Shown here piece by piece: positions 8,597 through 18,390 of a stretch of 64,000 bases of DNA (positions are counted from its first letter, which is position 1; every line of letters starts with the position of its first letter). The notes beneath the pieces were generated by a model that saw nothing but the letters and a program-made list of their open reading frames with translations, ran no database searches and was not told the origin of the DNA. Position numbers and translations under genes: made by a program. Origin of the DNA: a virus; IMG/VR virus record IMGVR_UViG_3300010399_000004, positions 23,740 to 87,739 of that record; one strand, 5' to 3'.

Positions 8597-10992
8597 ATCC
8601 TGCACACAGGCAGAAATTTGCTCTGCTTATCAAGAAGGCCAGGAAAAGTTTCCTGGCTTATTTGATGTTATTCAACAATCCGAAGACTTCTCAAATCAAG
8701 ATGGGGAAGTTGCACAAGTTTCTGGCTGATCTTGTGCAGGGGGTAGTTGATGGGACATATGGAGCCTATCAAGCAGTTTCAATCCCCCCGCAGCACGGTA
8801 AGGCTCTGCACGATGATACTTTGATTCCTACCCCGGACGGGTTTAAAAAAATTGCGGACCTTGAAGTAGGGGATCGGGTATTCACCCAGGATGGTTCTGT
8901 GACTTCTGTTTTATGCGTGAAACACTGGAAGCGCAGACCGATCTACAAACTGACAATGGATGACGGAACGTTTGTGAAGGCGGATGGCGAGCATTTGTGG
9001 TCAGTCCGTATGTGTCGAAAGCGGAAAACAACACACACGCTCTGGACCACTGAACGGCTTAGCAAAAGAACGTCCAGCCGCTCCCCCGCCCTTCCTGAGT
9101 CTGGAGCTTTGGTGTTGCCGGAAAAGCCTTTTGTGGTGGCTCCTTATGTGCTTGGCTGCTGGCTTGGGGATGGAAACTCTAATGGAAACTTATTCACGGC
9201 AACAGAGGAGGATCAAGAGCATTATGCTCAAAGGTTCTCTGCGATGGGATTTCCGGTAAGCAGAACAGCCTACGCGATGCGGTTTCGTTTGCAGGCTTCT
9301 TGGTATATTCGATGGCTGAAAGACTCTGGATTGCATGAAAACAAGCACATCCCAGAGAGATATATGAGGGGAAGCGCGGAGCAGAGGAGGGAACTGCTGA
9401 AAGGCCTAATTGACACTGACGGCTATGTTTCGTCTGATGGACAGGTTGAATTCTGCAATGTAAACTATCGCCTCGCCTGCGATGTTCGGCGATTAGTCCA
9501 TTCGCTTGGAATCAAGGCGGCCATGTCCGAAGGGCGGGCAACTATAAATGGAGTTGACTGTGGTCCAAAATACCGAATCTTATTTTATGCAGACAGAGTA
9601 GCCTCTCTTCCACGAAAAGTAGCCAGACTCCGCAATCCGCAGAAACGATGTCGTTACATAGAAAAAGTTGAACGATGCGGAACGGGCAATACTACCTGCA
9701 TCCAAGTAAATCATCCATCGGGTATGTTCCTTTGCGGGGAGGCTTGCATACCCACCCACAACAGCCTTATGCTGGCGGTTGAGACTGTTTCCTGGCTAAT
9801 GGGGCATTCTCCGGGAATCAGCATCGCTATCGCTGGACATAGGCATGATTTGATGACTGAGTTTTCTCAGCAGGTAAAAGCGAGGATAAGTAATCCTTTA
9901 TATGCTTTAGTGTTTCCTAAAGCGGGGGAGATTATTCGGGGTAGGGATAAAGCGGATTCGTGGATGCTTGGCAATAGGTCAACCTTGAGGGCAAAATCGG
10001 TAGGAAGTAAATTGACAGGGAACCGGGTGGACTGGCTTATTATTGACGATGCCCATGCAGGCCGGGCGGAAGCAGAAAGCGAGACTCAGCGAAATAGAGT
10101 GCATCAGTGGTATTTCGGAGATTGCGTTACTCGTTTGTCTCCGGGGGCTAAAGTATTCATCATTGGGACGCGTTGGCATCCAAAGGATTTGATAGGACAT
10201 TTAACTAGCAAGGAGTATGTTGATACGCTCAAAGCAGAAGGGCAGGAAGAGCGTATATTTGAAGTAACTAATCTCCCTGCCTTTGCGGGAGAAAATGATC
10301 CTTTAGGAAGAGAATCGGGGGAAGCGCTATTTCCGGAAGTTCGTAATGCTGCCTGGCTCATGGGGGTTAAAGCGTCTATCCCTTCTTACGAATGGGATTC
10401 TCAATACATGGGCAACCCCCGTTCTATTGCGGAGGGGCAGGCAGATATTAGCCGGCTTAGAAGAATTCCTATGGATCGTGTCCCTATCCATATTCCCAGA
10501 TTGCGGGGGTGGGACCTTGCTCTTACAGAGAAGAAAACATCGGACTATTCAGTAGGATCGCTTTGCGCATGGGATGCAGACAAAGAAGAGTTTTATATAC
10601 TTAACATGTTCCGGGTAAAACTGGCTTGGCCAAAGCTTGAGCCCCGTCTTCTTGCTTTATCTCTAAGGGATAAGCTGGAATGGAATTGTAACAAGATGGC
10701 TATGGAAGCCGTAAGTGGATTTGAAATTGGATTACAAAACATTCGCAAGGCTTTATCCGGTCAGGTAAAAGTGGTAAAAAGAAATCCAGGGGTCGGAGGG
10801 AAACTGATGCGGGCGCAGGGGTGGTTGAATGTTTTGGAAAAGGGCAGAATGTTTATGGTTGAAGGTCCCTGGAATAAGGATTTCTTAGATGAGCTTCTTG
10901 ATTTCCCTAACGGAAAAAATGATGATATTGAGGATTCGGTTAGTGTCGCATGGGAAGAGTTGACTTCCCCGCAGAAACTTCTATATGGTTAA
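8593..10992 (+). CDS. terL: Terminase large subunit, intein-containing
   Basis: PPQHGK[intein]S Walker A, LIIDD Walker B, GTRWH, WDLA and DDIEDS nuclease motifs. Confidence 0.95.
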   Translation: MNPAHRQKFALLIKKARKSFLAYLMLFNNPKTSQIKMGKLHKFLADLVQGVVDGTYGAYQAVSIPPQHGKALHDDTLIPTPDGFKKIADLEVGDRVFTQDGSVTSVLCVKHWKRRPIYKLTMDDGTFVKADGEHLWSVRMCRKRKTTHTLWTTERLSKRTSSRSPALPESGALVLPEKPFVVAPYVLGCWLGDGNSNGNLFTATEEDQEHYAQRFSAMGFPVSRTAYAMRFRLQASWYIRWLKDSGLHENKHIPERYMRGSAEQRRELLKGLIDTDGYVSSDGQVEFCNVNYRLACDVRRLVHSLGIKAAMSEGRATINGVDCGPKYRILFYADRVASLPRKVARLRNPQKRCRYIEKVERCGTGNTTCIQVNHPSGMFLCGEACIPTHNSLMLAVETVSWLMGHSPGISIAIAGHRHDLMTEFSQQVKARISNPLYALVFPKAGEIIRGRDKADSWMLGNRSTLRAKSVGSKLTGNRVDWLIIDDAHAGRAEAESETQRNRVHQWYFGDCVTRLSPGAKVFIIGTRWHPKDLIGHLTSKEYVDTLKAEGQEERIFEVTNLPAFAGENDPLGRESGEALFPEVRNAAWLMGVKASIPSYEWDSQYMGNPRSIAEGQADISRLRRIPMDRVPIHIPRLRGWDLALTEKKTSDYSVGSLCAWDADKEEFYILNMFRVKLAWPKLEPRLLALSLRDKLEWNCNKMAMEAVSGFEIGLQNIRKALSGQVKVVKRNPGVGGKLMRAQGWLNVLEKGRMFMVEGPWNKDFLDELLDFPNGKNDDIEDSVSVAWEELTSPQKLLYG
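8803..9762 (+). mobile_element. Class 3 intein with LAGLIDADG endonuclease in TerL Walker A
   Basis: Begins Ala (ALHDDT), ends THN/S; W-C-T triplet (EHLW, TTCIQV, PTHN); LGCWLGDG and LKGLIDTDG motifs. Confidence 0.92.
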
Positions 10993-10997
10993 ATATT

Positions 10998-11255
10998 ATG
11001 AAAGGAACAAGAAAAGAACCTGATGCTGATGGAAACCTGAATCTCAAGCCAGGGGAGTATGGCAAGCACGGGCGGGACGGTAACTGGTATTGTTGCCCGC
11101 CGGGCCGGGAGGATTGGTTTATAGGAAACCTCCAAGCGCATCAGGTTACAGAGCATGAAGATGGAACCATTACCGCCGCTCCTTCTATCCTGATAAAATC
11201 CTGGAACGGAACTTGGCATGGTTATCTGGAGCGGGGCGTATTTCGTGAAGTCTAA
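10998..11255 (+). CDS. DUF6527-like protein (second copy)
   Basis: WYCCP...TITAAPSILI..WHGYLERG. Confidence 0.55.
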   Translation: MKGTRKEPDADGNLNLKPGEYGKHGRDGNWYCCPPGREDWFIGNLQAHQVTEHEDGTITAAPSILIKSWNGTWHGYLERGVFREV

Positions 11256-11267
11256 AATATTTGTGCT

Positions 11268-11468
11268 ATGAACTTTGAAAACTTTTCAAACTGGATTTGG
11301 ATTCTGCTTGCTCTGATTCTCTGGGCATGGGCCGGGTATAGAGTTTTCCTTGCTTACGTAGCTTCCTCTATTGATCTTCGTAACGGATGGGAAAGAGCGC
11401 TGATGCTTCTATGTGGCCCGCGGGTATGGTTTATCACGTTAAGGCTTCGGAGGAAGTTCAGGAAATAA
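11268..11468 (+). CDS. Small membrane protein
   Basis: N-terminal hydrophobic segment. Confidence 0.5.
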   Translation: MNFENFSNWIWILLALILWAWAGYRVFLAYVASSIDLRNGWERALMLLCGPRVWFITLRLRRKFRK

Positions 11469-11509
11469 GATTGACTGGCCCACGTCTTCATGTAAGACTC
11501 AACACTGCT

Positions 11510-12238
11510 ATGGCTACACTAAAGAAACACGAAGTAAAAAAAGAACAGACACTGCAATCGCTTAAAGCGAATGCAAAGAATCCCAGGAAGGAATGGAGCA
11601 GTGACGAAAAGAAAGCTGCATTCGTAAAATCACTTTCTGAATTTGGCGATCTTTCTGGAATCGTTTGGAATTCAAGAACAAAGCAGTTGGTGGGGGGACA
11701 TAAACGAATTGAAGAGTTCAAAAGTGATGATGCTGCTAAAATCGAATATACCAATAAACTGGAAACGGCGGATGTCTCGGGAACTACTGCATATGGTTAT
11801 GTGATGTTGACTTCCGGAGTGCGATTCGCTTATCGTGAAGTAAATTGGGACAAGAAGAAAGAGATGGCCGCTAATCTTGCGGCTAATCAATGGGCAGCAG
11901 AGTGGGATTGGGAAGGAGTATCGGATATGCTTAAAGAGCTTAATGATGGCGAGTTTGATCTGTCCTTGACGGGTTTCGATCATTCGGAATTCGAACCTTT
12001 ACTTGCAGCGGAGTGGGACCCCCCCGCAGCCGGGGATATGCCGGTTAATACTCCTTCCGAAGATCAGGAAGGAACTAATATTGCCAAGGGGATGAAGCAG
12101 TTGGTAATCAGCGATGCGGCGCATGATGCTTTGCAGCGATATAAGGAGGAAGGGAAATATCCTGATTACTCCGCGGCCATCCTTGCTTTGGTGCCTGTTG
12201 CTCCTAAAAAGGTTACTCCGCCCCGTCGGGGGGTTTGA
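11510..12238 (+). CDS. ParB-like N-terminal domain protein
   Basis: KNPRK..SLSEFG..IVWN..LVGGHKR; typical partner of phage DNA-modification genes. Confidence 0.8.
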   Translation: MATLKKHEVKKEQTLQSLKANAKNPRKEWSSDEKKAAFVKSLSEFGDLSGIVWNSRTKQLVGGHKRIEEFKSDDAAKIEYTNKLETADVSGTTAYGYVMLTSGVRFAYREVNWDKKKEMAANLAANQWAAEWDWEGVSDMLKELNDGEFDLSLTGFDHSEFEPLLAAEWDPPAAGDMPVNTPSEDQEGTNIAKGMKQLVISDAAHDALQRYKEEGKYPDYSAAILALVPVAPKKVTPPRRGV

Positions 12239-12239
12239 T

Positions 12240-13280
12240 ATGGATGTTCGTTTGGCTTATCACCCCGAAGGGGGGAGGACTTTGAGTATGTTGAAATTTC
12301 CATCAGTGCGTTTGGCCGTTGCCCATAAAAGTCAAACAGGAGCTAACTCTGCGGAACATCATGTGAATGGTGCCGGGCTGGGTCACCCCACTATTCGTTT
12401 ATCTGCCGCCCCTAAAGGGGCGCAGGGAGATAACGTGTTGCAAGGAAAGCGGGGAGTAAAGCAATTAGGCAAAGAGAGCGCTCCCGCATTGTTGGTATCG
12501 TATTTCTATATCAAACCTTTTTTGGCTAATCAGGCGCAGTATTGTTATAGGGACTGGGTTCTAGACTCTGGCGCATTCTCTGCTTATATGAGCGGGGCTA
12601 CGATTGATTTGCAGGAATATATCAATCTCTGTATAAAGCTTCGCCGGGATGATCCTACTTTGACGGAAATATTTGCTCTGGATGTGATCGGCAACCATGA
12701 AGCCAGTTTGCATAACTGCGAAATAATGTGGGCGCAGGGAGTCGAAGCAATCCCTTGTTATCATTATGGTGAGCCGGCAGATGTCCTTATAACGATGGCT
12801 CAGAAATATCCAAAGATCGCTATCGGTGGTTGTGCGCGGATGCGGCTTGGAGCAAAAATGAAATTCGCAGAGCAGTGCTTTTCAAGGATATGGCCAAAGA
12901 AGATACACGGTTTTGGTTTCGGCAGTGAACAATCAATACTCGCCCTTCCCTTCTATAGCGTTGATGCTACTAATTGGGAAATGGGTCCTTGTGCATTTGG
13001 CAGGTGGAATAAGTTCGGGCAAATGAGTGTGCGGGGAAGCAGTCAGAATCTCAAACAGGAAGTTGAATATTATTTGGAAGTGGAAAGAAAAGCTCGTATC
13101 CGATGGAAAAGGGAGATGTTGCAATTGGAGGCACTTCCGAATAATAATCCCACTCTGCGACTCGCTATTGATGCTGCTTCGGGGGGAGGTAAAAGAGTAG
13201 GTAAAGCTTTGAAGAAATCCACACACACACACAGCACCAACTATAAGACTGGCCGCGGTTCCCTCCAGCGGACGCTCTGA
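12240..13280 (+). CDS. DpdA/TGT-like DNA guanine transglycosylase candidate, paralog 1
   Basis: LDSGAFS, ALDVIG, IPCYH, IAIGG, IHGFG, SVDATNW. Confidence 0.75.
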   Translation: MDVRLAYHPEGGRTLSMLKFPSVRLAVAHKSQTGANSAEHHVNGAGLGHPTIRLSAAPKGAQGDNVLQGKRGVKQLGKESAPALLVSYFYIKPFLANQAQYCYRDWVLDSGAFSAYMSGATIDLQEYINLCIKLRRDDPTLTEIFALDVIGNHEASLHNCEIMWAQGVEAIPCYHYGEPADVLITMAQKYPKIAIGGCARMRLGAKMKFAEQCFSRIWPKKIHGFGFGSEQSILALPFYSVDATNWEMGPCAFGRWNKFGQMSVRGSSQNLKQEVEYYLEVERKARIRWKREMLQLEALPNNNPTLRLAIDAASGGGKRVGKALKKSTHTHSTNYKTGRGSLQRTL

Positions 13281-13295
13281 AAGAACCTTTTCAAA

Positions 13296-14039
13296 ATGAA
13301 ACCTTCTGTGCTTATAGCTTTCCCTTTCTGGAAGGATGCGATGAGCACGCATTTGACAGGGAGGGATTGGGTAATGGATTCTGGTGCATATTCCGCATTT
13401 ACATCCGACAAGCATATAGCTTTAGGTGATTATATATCTTGTATAAAACGATTGCAGGACACTGCACATGCTCCGCGTCATGTATTTGCTTTAGATGTGA
13501 TTGGGGATGAATATGTAAGCTATAGCAATGCAATTGCTATGCGAACCGCTGGAATTGAGGTGATTCCTACTTGGCACGCAGGAAGTAGCCTGGAAGCATT
13601 GCGGAGAATTGCTGATGAGTTTTCACGAATTGCTATCGGGGGGCTAGTAGGTCGGCGTCCGAATCGTCGTTTAGTAATGGGTAAGAAAGCTCGAATTTAC
13701 TGGGTTTCCAAAGCATTTGAAACTGTATGGCCCAAATGGATTCATGGCTTTGGGTTGAGCTTCGTTGATCTTTTGCAATCATTTCCGTTTGCATCTGTGG
13801 ATAGTCTTGGATGGAGATTTACTCCCGAAGCTTTCGGTATATGGAAAACATTTGGAGGTAAATTGCCACTAAGAAAAGTTTCCTCCGTAGGGGTTGACTG
13901 TGAGATAAAGTGGTATCTTGAATTTCAAGAAAAGTTAAAACAGCAATGGAAACGTGAGCATGAGTCTGTTCAAGAATCTAATTTTTCAATCAAGTTTGCA
14001 TGTTGTAATAAGAAAGAAATAGTGCAACTTGATATATGA
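13296..14039 (+). CDS. DpdA/TGT-like DNA guanine transglycosylase candidate, paralog 2
   Basis: MDSGAYS, ALDVIG, IPTWH, IAIGG, IHGFG, SVDS. Confidence 0.72.
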   Translation: MKPSVLIAFPFWKDAMSTHLTGRDWVMDSGAYSAFTSDKHIALGDYISCIKRLQDTAHAPRHVFALDVIGDEYVSYSNAIAMRTAGIEVIPTWHAGSSLEALRRIADEFSRIAIGGLVGRRPNRRLVMGKKARIYWVSKAFETVWPKWIHGFGLSFVDLLQSFPFASVDSLGWRFTPEAFGIWKTFGGKLPLRKVSSVGVDCEIKWYLEFQEKLKQQWKREHESVQESNFSIKFACCNKKEIVQLDI

Positions 14040-14812
14040 AAACTCATGTTGTTCAATCAATCAGTGGAGGTATGGATTCAACCTGCCTCCTTTTGCGTCA
14101 TTTGGCACAGAATCGCAGTATCCATCTCTTGTCTTTCGATTATGGGCAGAAGCATAAACTTGAATTGGAAAGATTGGATAAGAATTTGGAGTATCTGAAA
14201 GCACAGGATTTGGGCCATACTCGAATTTCGGTCCCATTCGGAGGCATTGCGTCCTCTGCATTGACTACTGCTGAACAGGATGTTCCGGAAGGTTTCTATG
14301 CTCAGGATAATATGAAGCAAACTGTGGTGCCGAATCGCAATGCTATTTTTTCAGCCATTGCCTATGCATCTGCTCTTTCTCTGGCTAATGAATTGCATCA
14401 GGAAGTATTGCTATCTCTGGGGGTGCATAGTGGAGATCATGCAATTTATCCTGATTGCAGGAGGGAATTCTTTGAAGCGCTGCACGCCGCATTTGTTTTG
14501 GGTAACTGGAACGGTCAAGCCGTCATACTTGATCTTCCTTATTTGGATTGGGATAAAGTAGATATTTTGCGGCAGGCAGTCAAGGATTGTGAAACTTTAG
14601 GGATTGAGTTCGATACAGTGCTTCGTAACACCAATACTAGTTACGCCCCAGACGTTTCGGGGAAAGCCAGTGGTCGCACGGGAAGTGATGTGGAGCGTAT
14701 CCTCGCTTTCCATGTTATAGGCCGGCGGGACCCAGTTGAATATATAGATGGATGGGAGAAAGCCCTTGAGTATGCTTTGCAATCGCAGAAAGATTTCAAT
14801 ATGAAAGGATAA
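14036..14812 (+). CDS. queC: 7-cyano-7-deazaguanine synthase
   Basis: SGGMDST, FDYGQKH, VPNRN, YPDCR. Confidence 0.92.
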   Translation: MKTHVVQSISGGMDSTCLLLRHLAQNRSIHLLSFDYGQKHKLELERLDKNLEYLKAQDLGHTRISVPFGGIASSALTTAEQDVPEGFYAQDNMKQTVVPNRNAIFSAIAYASALSLANELHQEVLLSLGVHSGDHAIYPDCRREFFEALHAAFVLGNWNGQAVILDLPYLDWDKVDILRQAVKDCETLGIEFDTVLRNTNTSYAPDVSGKASGRTGSDVERILAFHVIGRRDPVEYIDGWEKALEYALQSQKDFNMKG

Positions 14813-14818
14813 AGGGAT

Positions 14819-15259
14819 ATGGCCGTGCCTACCTTAGTATTGATTGGATGCTCAAGCAGGAAAGCAAAGGAAGCTTGCGCAGTCAGAGATTTCTATTTGG
14901 GAACACTATTCAAAGCTTCGGTTGAGTGGACAGAATCTTGTAAATTGAAATGGGGGGTTATTTCCACGAAATATGGATTTGTCTTACCCGATCAAATTAT
15001 TGCTCCTTATAATGAAACCTTTGCCTCTTTCGCCAAAGGATCAGTAGGATATAGGAAAATAACTGATGGATGGCGACTTTTGGTGCGGAGACAGCTATTG
15101 CCTTATAAGGGAAGAAGAATGCTAAGTATCCTTGGAAAAGAATACGAAAATATTGGACTTCCTCTTTTTAATCCATTTAAGTATTTATGGTTGGGGGCTA
15201 GAGTTAAATGGTTATGGGGTCATTTAGGTATGCTTCCTTCTACTATTATAAAACCATGA
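14819..15259 (+). CDS. DUF6884-like protein associated with deazaguanine clusters
   Basis: LIGCSSRK..A.D.Y.G.LF..ISTKYG..I.PY. Confidence 0.6.
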   Translation: MAVPTLVLIGCSSRKAKEACAVRDFYLGTLFKASVEWTESCKLKWGVISTKYGFVLPDQIIAPYNETFASFAKGSVGYRKITDGWRLLVRRQLLPYKGRRMLSILGKEYENIGLPLFNPFKYLWLGARVKWLWGHLGMLPSTIIKP

Positions 15260-15681
15260 TTTCCTGCACCAAACGATATATTGATCTTCCATTCGCACAT
15301 CGTCAGCCCCACCATAATGGGCATTGCGCTATGATACATGGACATTCATGGGGCATTGAATTTGAATTCACTGCGCAACGGTTGGATGAATGTGGATTTG
15401 TAGTTGACTTCGGAAGTCTAAAATGGCTCAAGGAATGGATTGATGCTATGTTCGATCATACTTTGGTGCTGAATGCAGACGATCCATATTTGAAAAGTTT
15501 TCAAATTGCTCTGGAAGGCACTGCGAATATCAAAGTCGTTCCGGATTGTTCCAGCGAAGGATTGGCCATATTTATATTTCAAACGGTTGCAGATTTACTT
15601 TGGAAAACAGAACAAGGCCGAGTATCCCTGTTGCGCGTAACCGTATTTGAGGACTCAAAGAACTCTGCCACATATAAATGA
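15256..15681 (+). CDS. queD: 6-carboxytetrahydropterin synthase
   Basis: FAHRQ..H.GHC..IHGHSW, VVDFG, FDHT. Confidence 0.92.
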   Translation: MISCTKRYIDLPFAHRQPHHNGHCAMIHGHSWGIEFEFTAQRLDECGFVVDFGSLKWLKEWIDAMFDHTLVLNADDPYLKSFQIALEGTANIKVVPDCSSEGLAIFIFQTVADLLWKTEQGRVSLLRVTVFEDSKNSATYK

Positions 15682-16376
15682 AACGACCATTTCAATTACC
15701 CATCCACGAGCGTTTCGCTGCCTTCCAGGGGGAGGGTTGCCATATGGGGTTATCGGCATTCTTTATTCGCACGTATGGCTGTCCGGTAAAATGTAAATTT
15801 TGCGATTCTGCGGGCACTTGGCATAAGGATTTTGCCCCAAAGAAATCCTTACTTGTCGATGTTCCCGATCTTGTAAAGGAAGCAAAAGAAGCAAACCCCG
15901 TGTTTGTAGTATTGACCGGGGGGGAGCCCTGCATTCATCGGGAAGGGGTTCAGGCGCTCTCAGAATCGCTTTCCATTGCAAAGATAGCTCTACATGTTGA
16001 AACGTGTGGAGCATTCCCACTGCCCCCTTCCTGGTTCGATTGGATTACCGTTTCACCGAAGAGGGATGCTTTGCCTAAAGACGAAATGTTGCTTGCGGCC
16101 AATGAGTTGAAAATTATAGTGGATAATGTTGGTGCTATTGAGGAATGGATGAGTTTTATAAATGGAACACTTCCTAAAGTTCCGGTGTGGTTGCACCCAG
16201 AATGGTCCATGCGCAATGATCCATCTATTTTGAATTACATATCAGAATCTGTAAAATTGAGAGGGGGGAGATTCCGGGCCGGCTATCAGCTTCACAAACT
16301 TTATAACGTGGACAAGTTGGACAAGCGCTCTGCACCTTTAGTTCCGCTGGGTGGAAATCCCAAAAAAGGATTTTGA
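15678..16376 (+). CDS. queE: 7-carboxy-7-deazaguanine synthase (radical SAM)
   Basis: FQGEG, FIRTYGCPVKCKFCD, LTGGEP, VSPK, QLHK. Confidence 0.93.
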   Translation: MKRPFQLPIHERFAAFQGEGCHMGLSAFFIRTYGCPVKCKFCDSAGTWHKDFAPKKSLLVDVPDLVKEAKEANPVFVVLTGGEPCIHREGVQALSESLSIAKIALHVETCGAFPLPPSWFDWITVSPKRDALPKDEMLLAANELKIIVDNVGAIEEWMSFINGTLPKVPVWLHPEWSMRNDPSILNYISESVKLRGGRFRAGYQLHKLYNVDKLDKRSAPLVPLGGNPKKGF

Positions 16377-16377
16377 T

Positions 16378-16956
16378 ATGAATATGAAGGAGATAACCAT
16401 TGATGGTTTGAAAGCTCTGATTAGTTTGTCTGGGGATGATCCTACCCGCACAGGAATGGAAGAAACTCCAAACCGCTTTGTTAAAGCGTTCCTTGAGATG
16501 TGCAGCGGATATAAGGAGAATCCTTTAGATCATTTGCAGAAAGAATTTGATCTAAGTGATACTGGCGACGGCCATACGCCCTATGGGGGCATGATTATTT
16601 CTAAAGACATTCCCTTTGTCAGTCTTTGTGAGCATCATATGCTGCCGTTTCATGGAACAATTCATATGGGTTACATCCCCGGAGAATCAGGCAAAGTAGT
16701 GGGACTCTCAAAGCTGGCTCGTATGGCCGATGGTTATGCCAGGAGATTTCAAGTACAGGAAAGATTGACTCAGCAGATAGGTGACGGACTACAAAGTTTG
16801 AATCCACAGGGAGCTATCGTAGTGGTTCAAGCCCAGCACGCATGCCAATGTTTTCGTGGGGTTCGCAAATCGGGGAGCATGATCACTTCTGCGGTATATG
16901 GAGCTTTCAAAGAGCAACCTGCGAGGGAGGAATTCCTTACTTTGCTGCGTTTGTAG
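16378..16956 (+). CDS. folE: GTP cyclohydrolase I
   Basis: ETP.R, SLCEHHMLPF, VGLSKLAR, QVQERLT. Confidence 0.95.
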   Translation: MNMKEITIDGLKALISLSGDDPTRTGMEETPNRFVKAFLEMCSGYKENPLDHLQKEFDLSDTGDGHTPYGGMIISKDIPFVSLCEHHMLPFHGTIHMGYIPGESGKVVGLSKLARMADGYARRFQVQERLTQQIGDGLQSLNPQGAIVVVQAQHACQCFRGVRKSGSMITSAVYGAFKEQPAREEFLTLLRL

Positions 16957-17003
16957 ATTTGAAAACTTTTCAAACTTGAAGGGAAATGCACAGTCAATGC
17001 AGA

Positions 17004-17032
17004 TTGACTTCCCCGCGTAACTGGTGAACAAT
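17004..17032 (+). promoter_or_regulatory. TTGAC-type promoter candidate before portal; similar near 11471, 18357, 26011, 28990, 35409, 35843, 45019, 47399
   Basis: TTGACN, ~16-17 nt GC-rich spacer, -10-like hexamer just upstream of gene starts. Confidence 0.5.
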
Positions 17033-17046
17033 CGCCCTGTTGCGTT

Positions 17047-18360
17047 ATGAAAAACATATTTCGCCGGAGTAATACCATATCCAAATCAAAGCGGGGGGAA
17101 GCTATTGCTGAAATGGCTATACCGGGACGCAAGGAACGCAGTTTCATTGAGAATCTGCTTCGCATCCCCATTCACGCTATGGGGGATTCCCGGTCCTATC
17201 TGGAAACGGGGAGTAAAAAAGTATGGGCTACCTTTCGGGCTTGCCACATTACTGCTTCTGCACTCCTGACTACGGTGTTCAAGGTTGTGGGCTCAAGCAC
17301 CGGGGCGGAGGTAAATAACCCCGAGATATCCCGCCTTCTCAAGTCCCCTAATCCTCACGATTCATGGGAGGAGATTCTTTATCAGTGGGTGTTTCATATG
17401 AAGCTCACAGGGATGGCTTTCTGGTATAAGGATCAGATGAACGGTAAAGGGCAGCCTTTGCATTTGTATCCTCTGATTCCGCAATATATCAGAATCATTC
17501 CCGATGAAAAGAAACGGATTGCGGGGTTTGAATATCAAATCAACGGCAGGAAGATTGAATTTGATGAAGAAGAGATTATCTTCTTTCGCCGCCCTCATCC
17601 TTCCAATATTATTTTGGGTATGGGGGACATTGAACCATCCACGGACCTTTACCGCAACTACATTACCCGTCAGACTCTGGAAAATCGCTTCCTGCAAAAC
17701 GGGGCTATGCCTTCCGGTATCCTGACTAAAGAGGAAGAGGTAGGAGATGAGGAGGAGTGGAGAAAGATCAAAGAATGGTGGCGGGCTGAATACGAAGGCT
17801 CCGGTAATGCCGCTAAGACGGCTTTTCTCAATGGGAAGTGGAACTATACCAAGATGGGACTAACGCATCAGGAGATGCAATCCATCGAAAGCGAGCGTTG
17901 GAGTGTATCTCAGATATTCAATAATCACGGAGTTCCTTTGTCATTAGCGGGGCTGGAGAAGGCGGCTAACTATGCGACCGCTCGGCTCGACGAGATGAAT
18001 TTTAAGCGCTATGAAGTAGTTCCCCTTCTCGATATCCTCGTAGGCAAGCTGAATGCTATGGGGTCGGACGGCCACGGGGTATTCATTCAGGCATATGCAA
18101 CGGCGTGGTGGCTGGTGTATGAGCTTTCTGGATTGATCGACATTGAACAGCGTGTCAGGGAATATAAACCGCTGGCTGAAATAGGGGCCATAACTTTGAA
18201 CGAACTTCGGGTGCTTTGTGGGCTAGAGAAGCTGAACAACGCTTTGTTGGATCAGCATTTTGTGGCTTCCGGAAGGCTGCCTATTGAGATGGCAGGACTG
18301 GCTAATAATCCTCCGTCTGACGAGATTCCAAAGGAACCGAATGATTCGGTAGAAGCTTGA
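17047..18360 (+). CDS. Portal protein, HK97 family
   Basis: PNP, G.AFW, LYPL.P, NGAMPSGIL, GVP, TLNE.R motifs. Confidence 0.93.
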   Translation: MKNIFRRSNTISKSKRGEAIAEMAIPGRKERSFIENLLRIPIHAMGDSRSYLETGSKKVWATFRACHITASALLTTVFKVVGSSTGAEVNNPEISRLLKSPNPHDSWEEILYQWVFHMKLTGMAFWYKDQMNGKGQPLHLYPLIPQYIRIIPDEKKRIAGFEYQINGRKIEFDEEEIIFFRRPHPSNIILGMGDIEPSTDLYRNYITRQTLENRFLQNGAMPSGILTKEEEVGDEEEWRKIKEWWRAEYEGSGNAAKTAFLNGKWNYTKMGLTHQEMQSIESERWSVSQIFNNHGVPLSLAGLEKAANYATARLDEMNFKRYEVVPLLDILVGKLNAMGSDGHGVFIQAYATAWWLVYELSGLIDIEQRVREYKPLAEIGAITLNELRVLCGLEKLNNALLDQHFVASGRLPIEMAGLANNPPSDEIPKEPNDSVEA

Positions 18361-18390
18361 CAGGGTCCTTAATCTGGACACCATGTTTAT

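Noticed and set aside
13277-13295. Extra palindrome copy (also near 25983)
   Set aside because: Too degenerate; left out of the count
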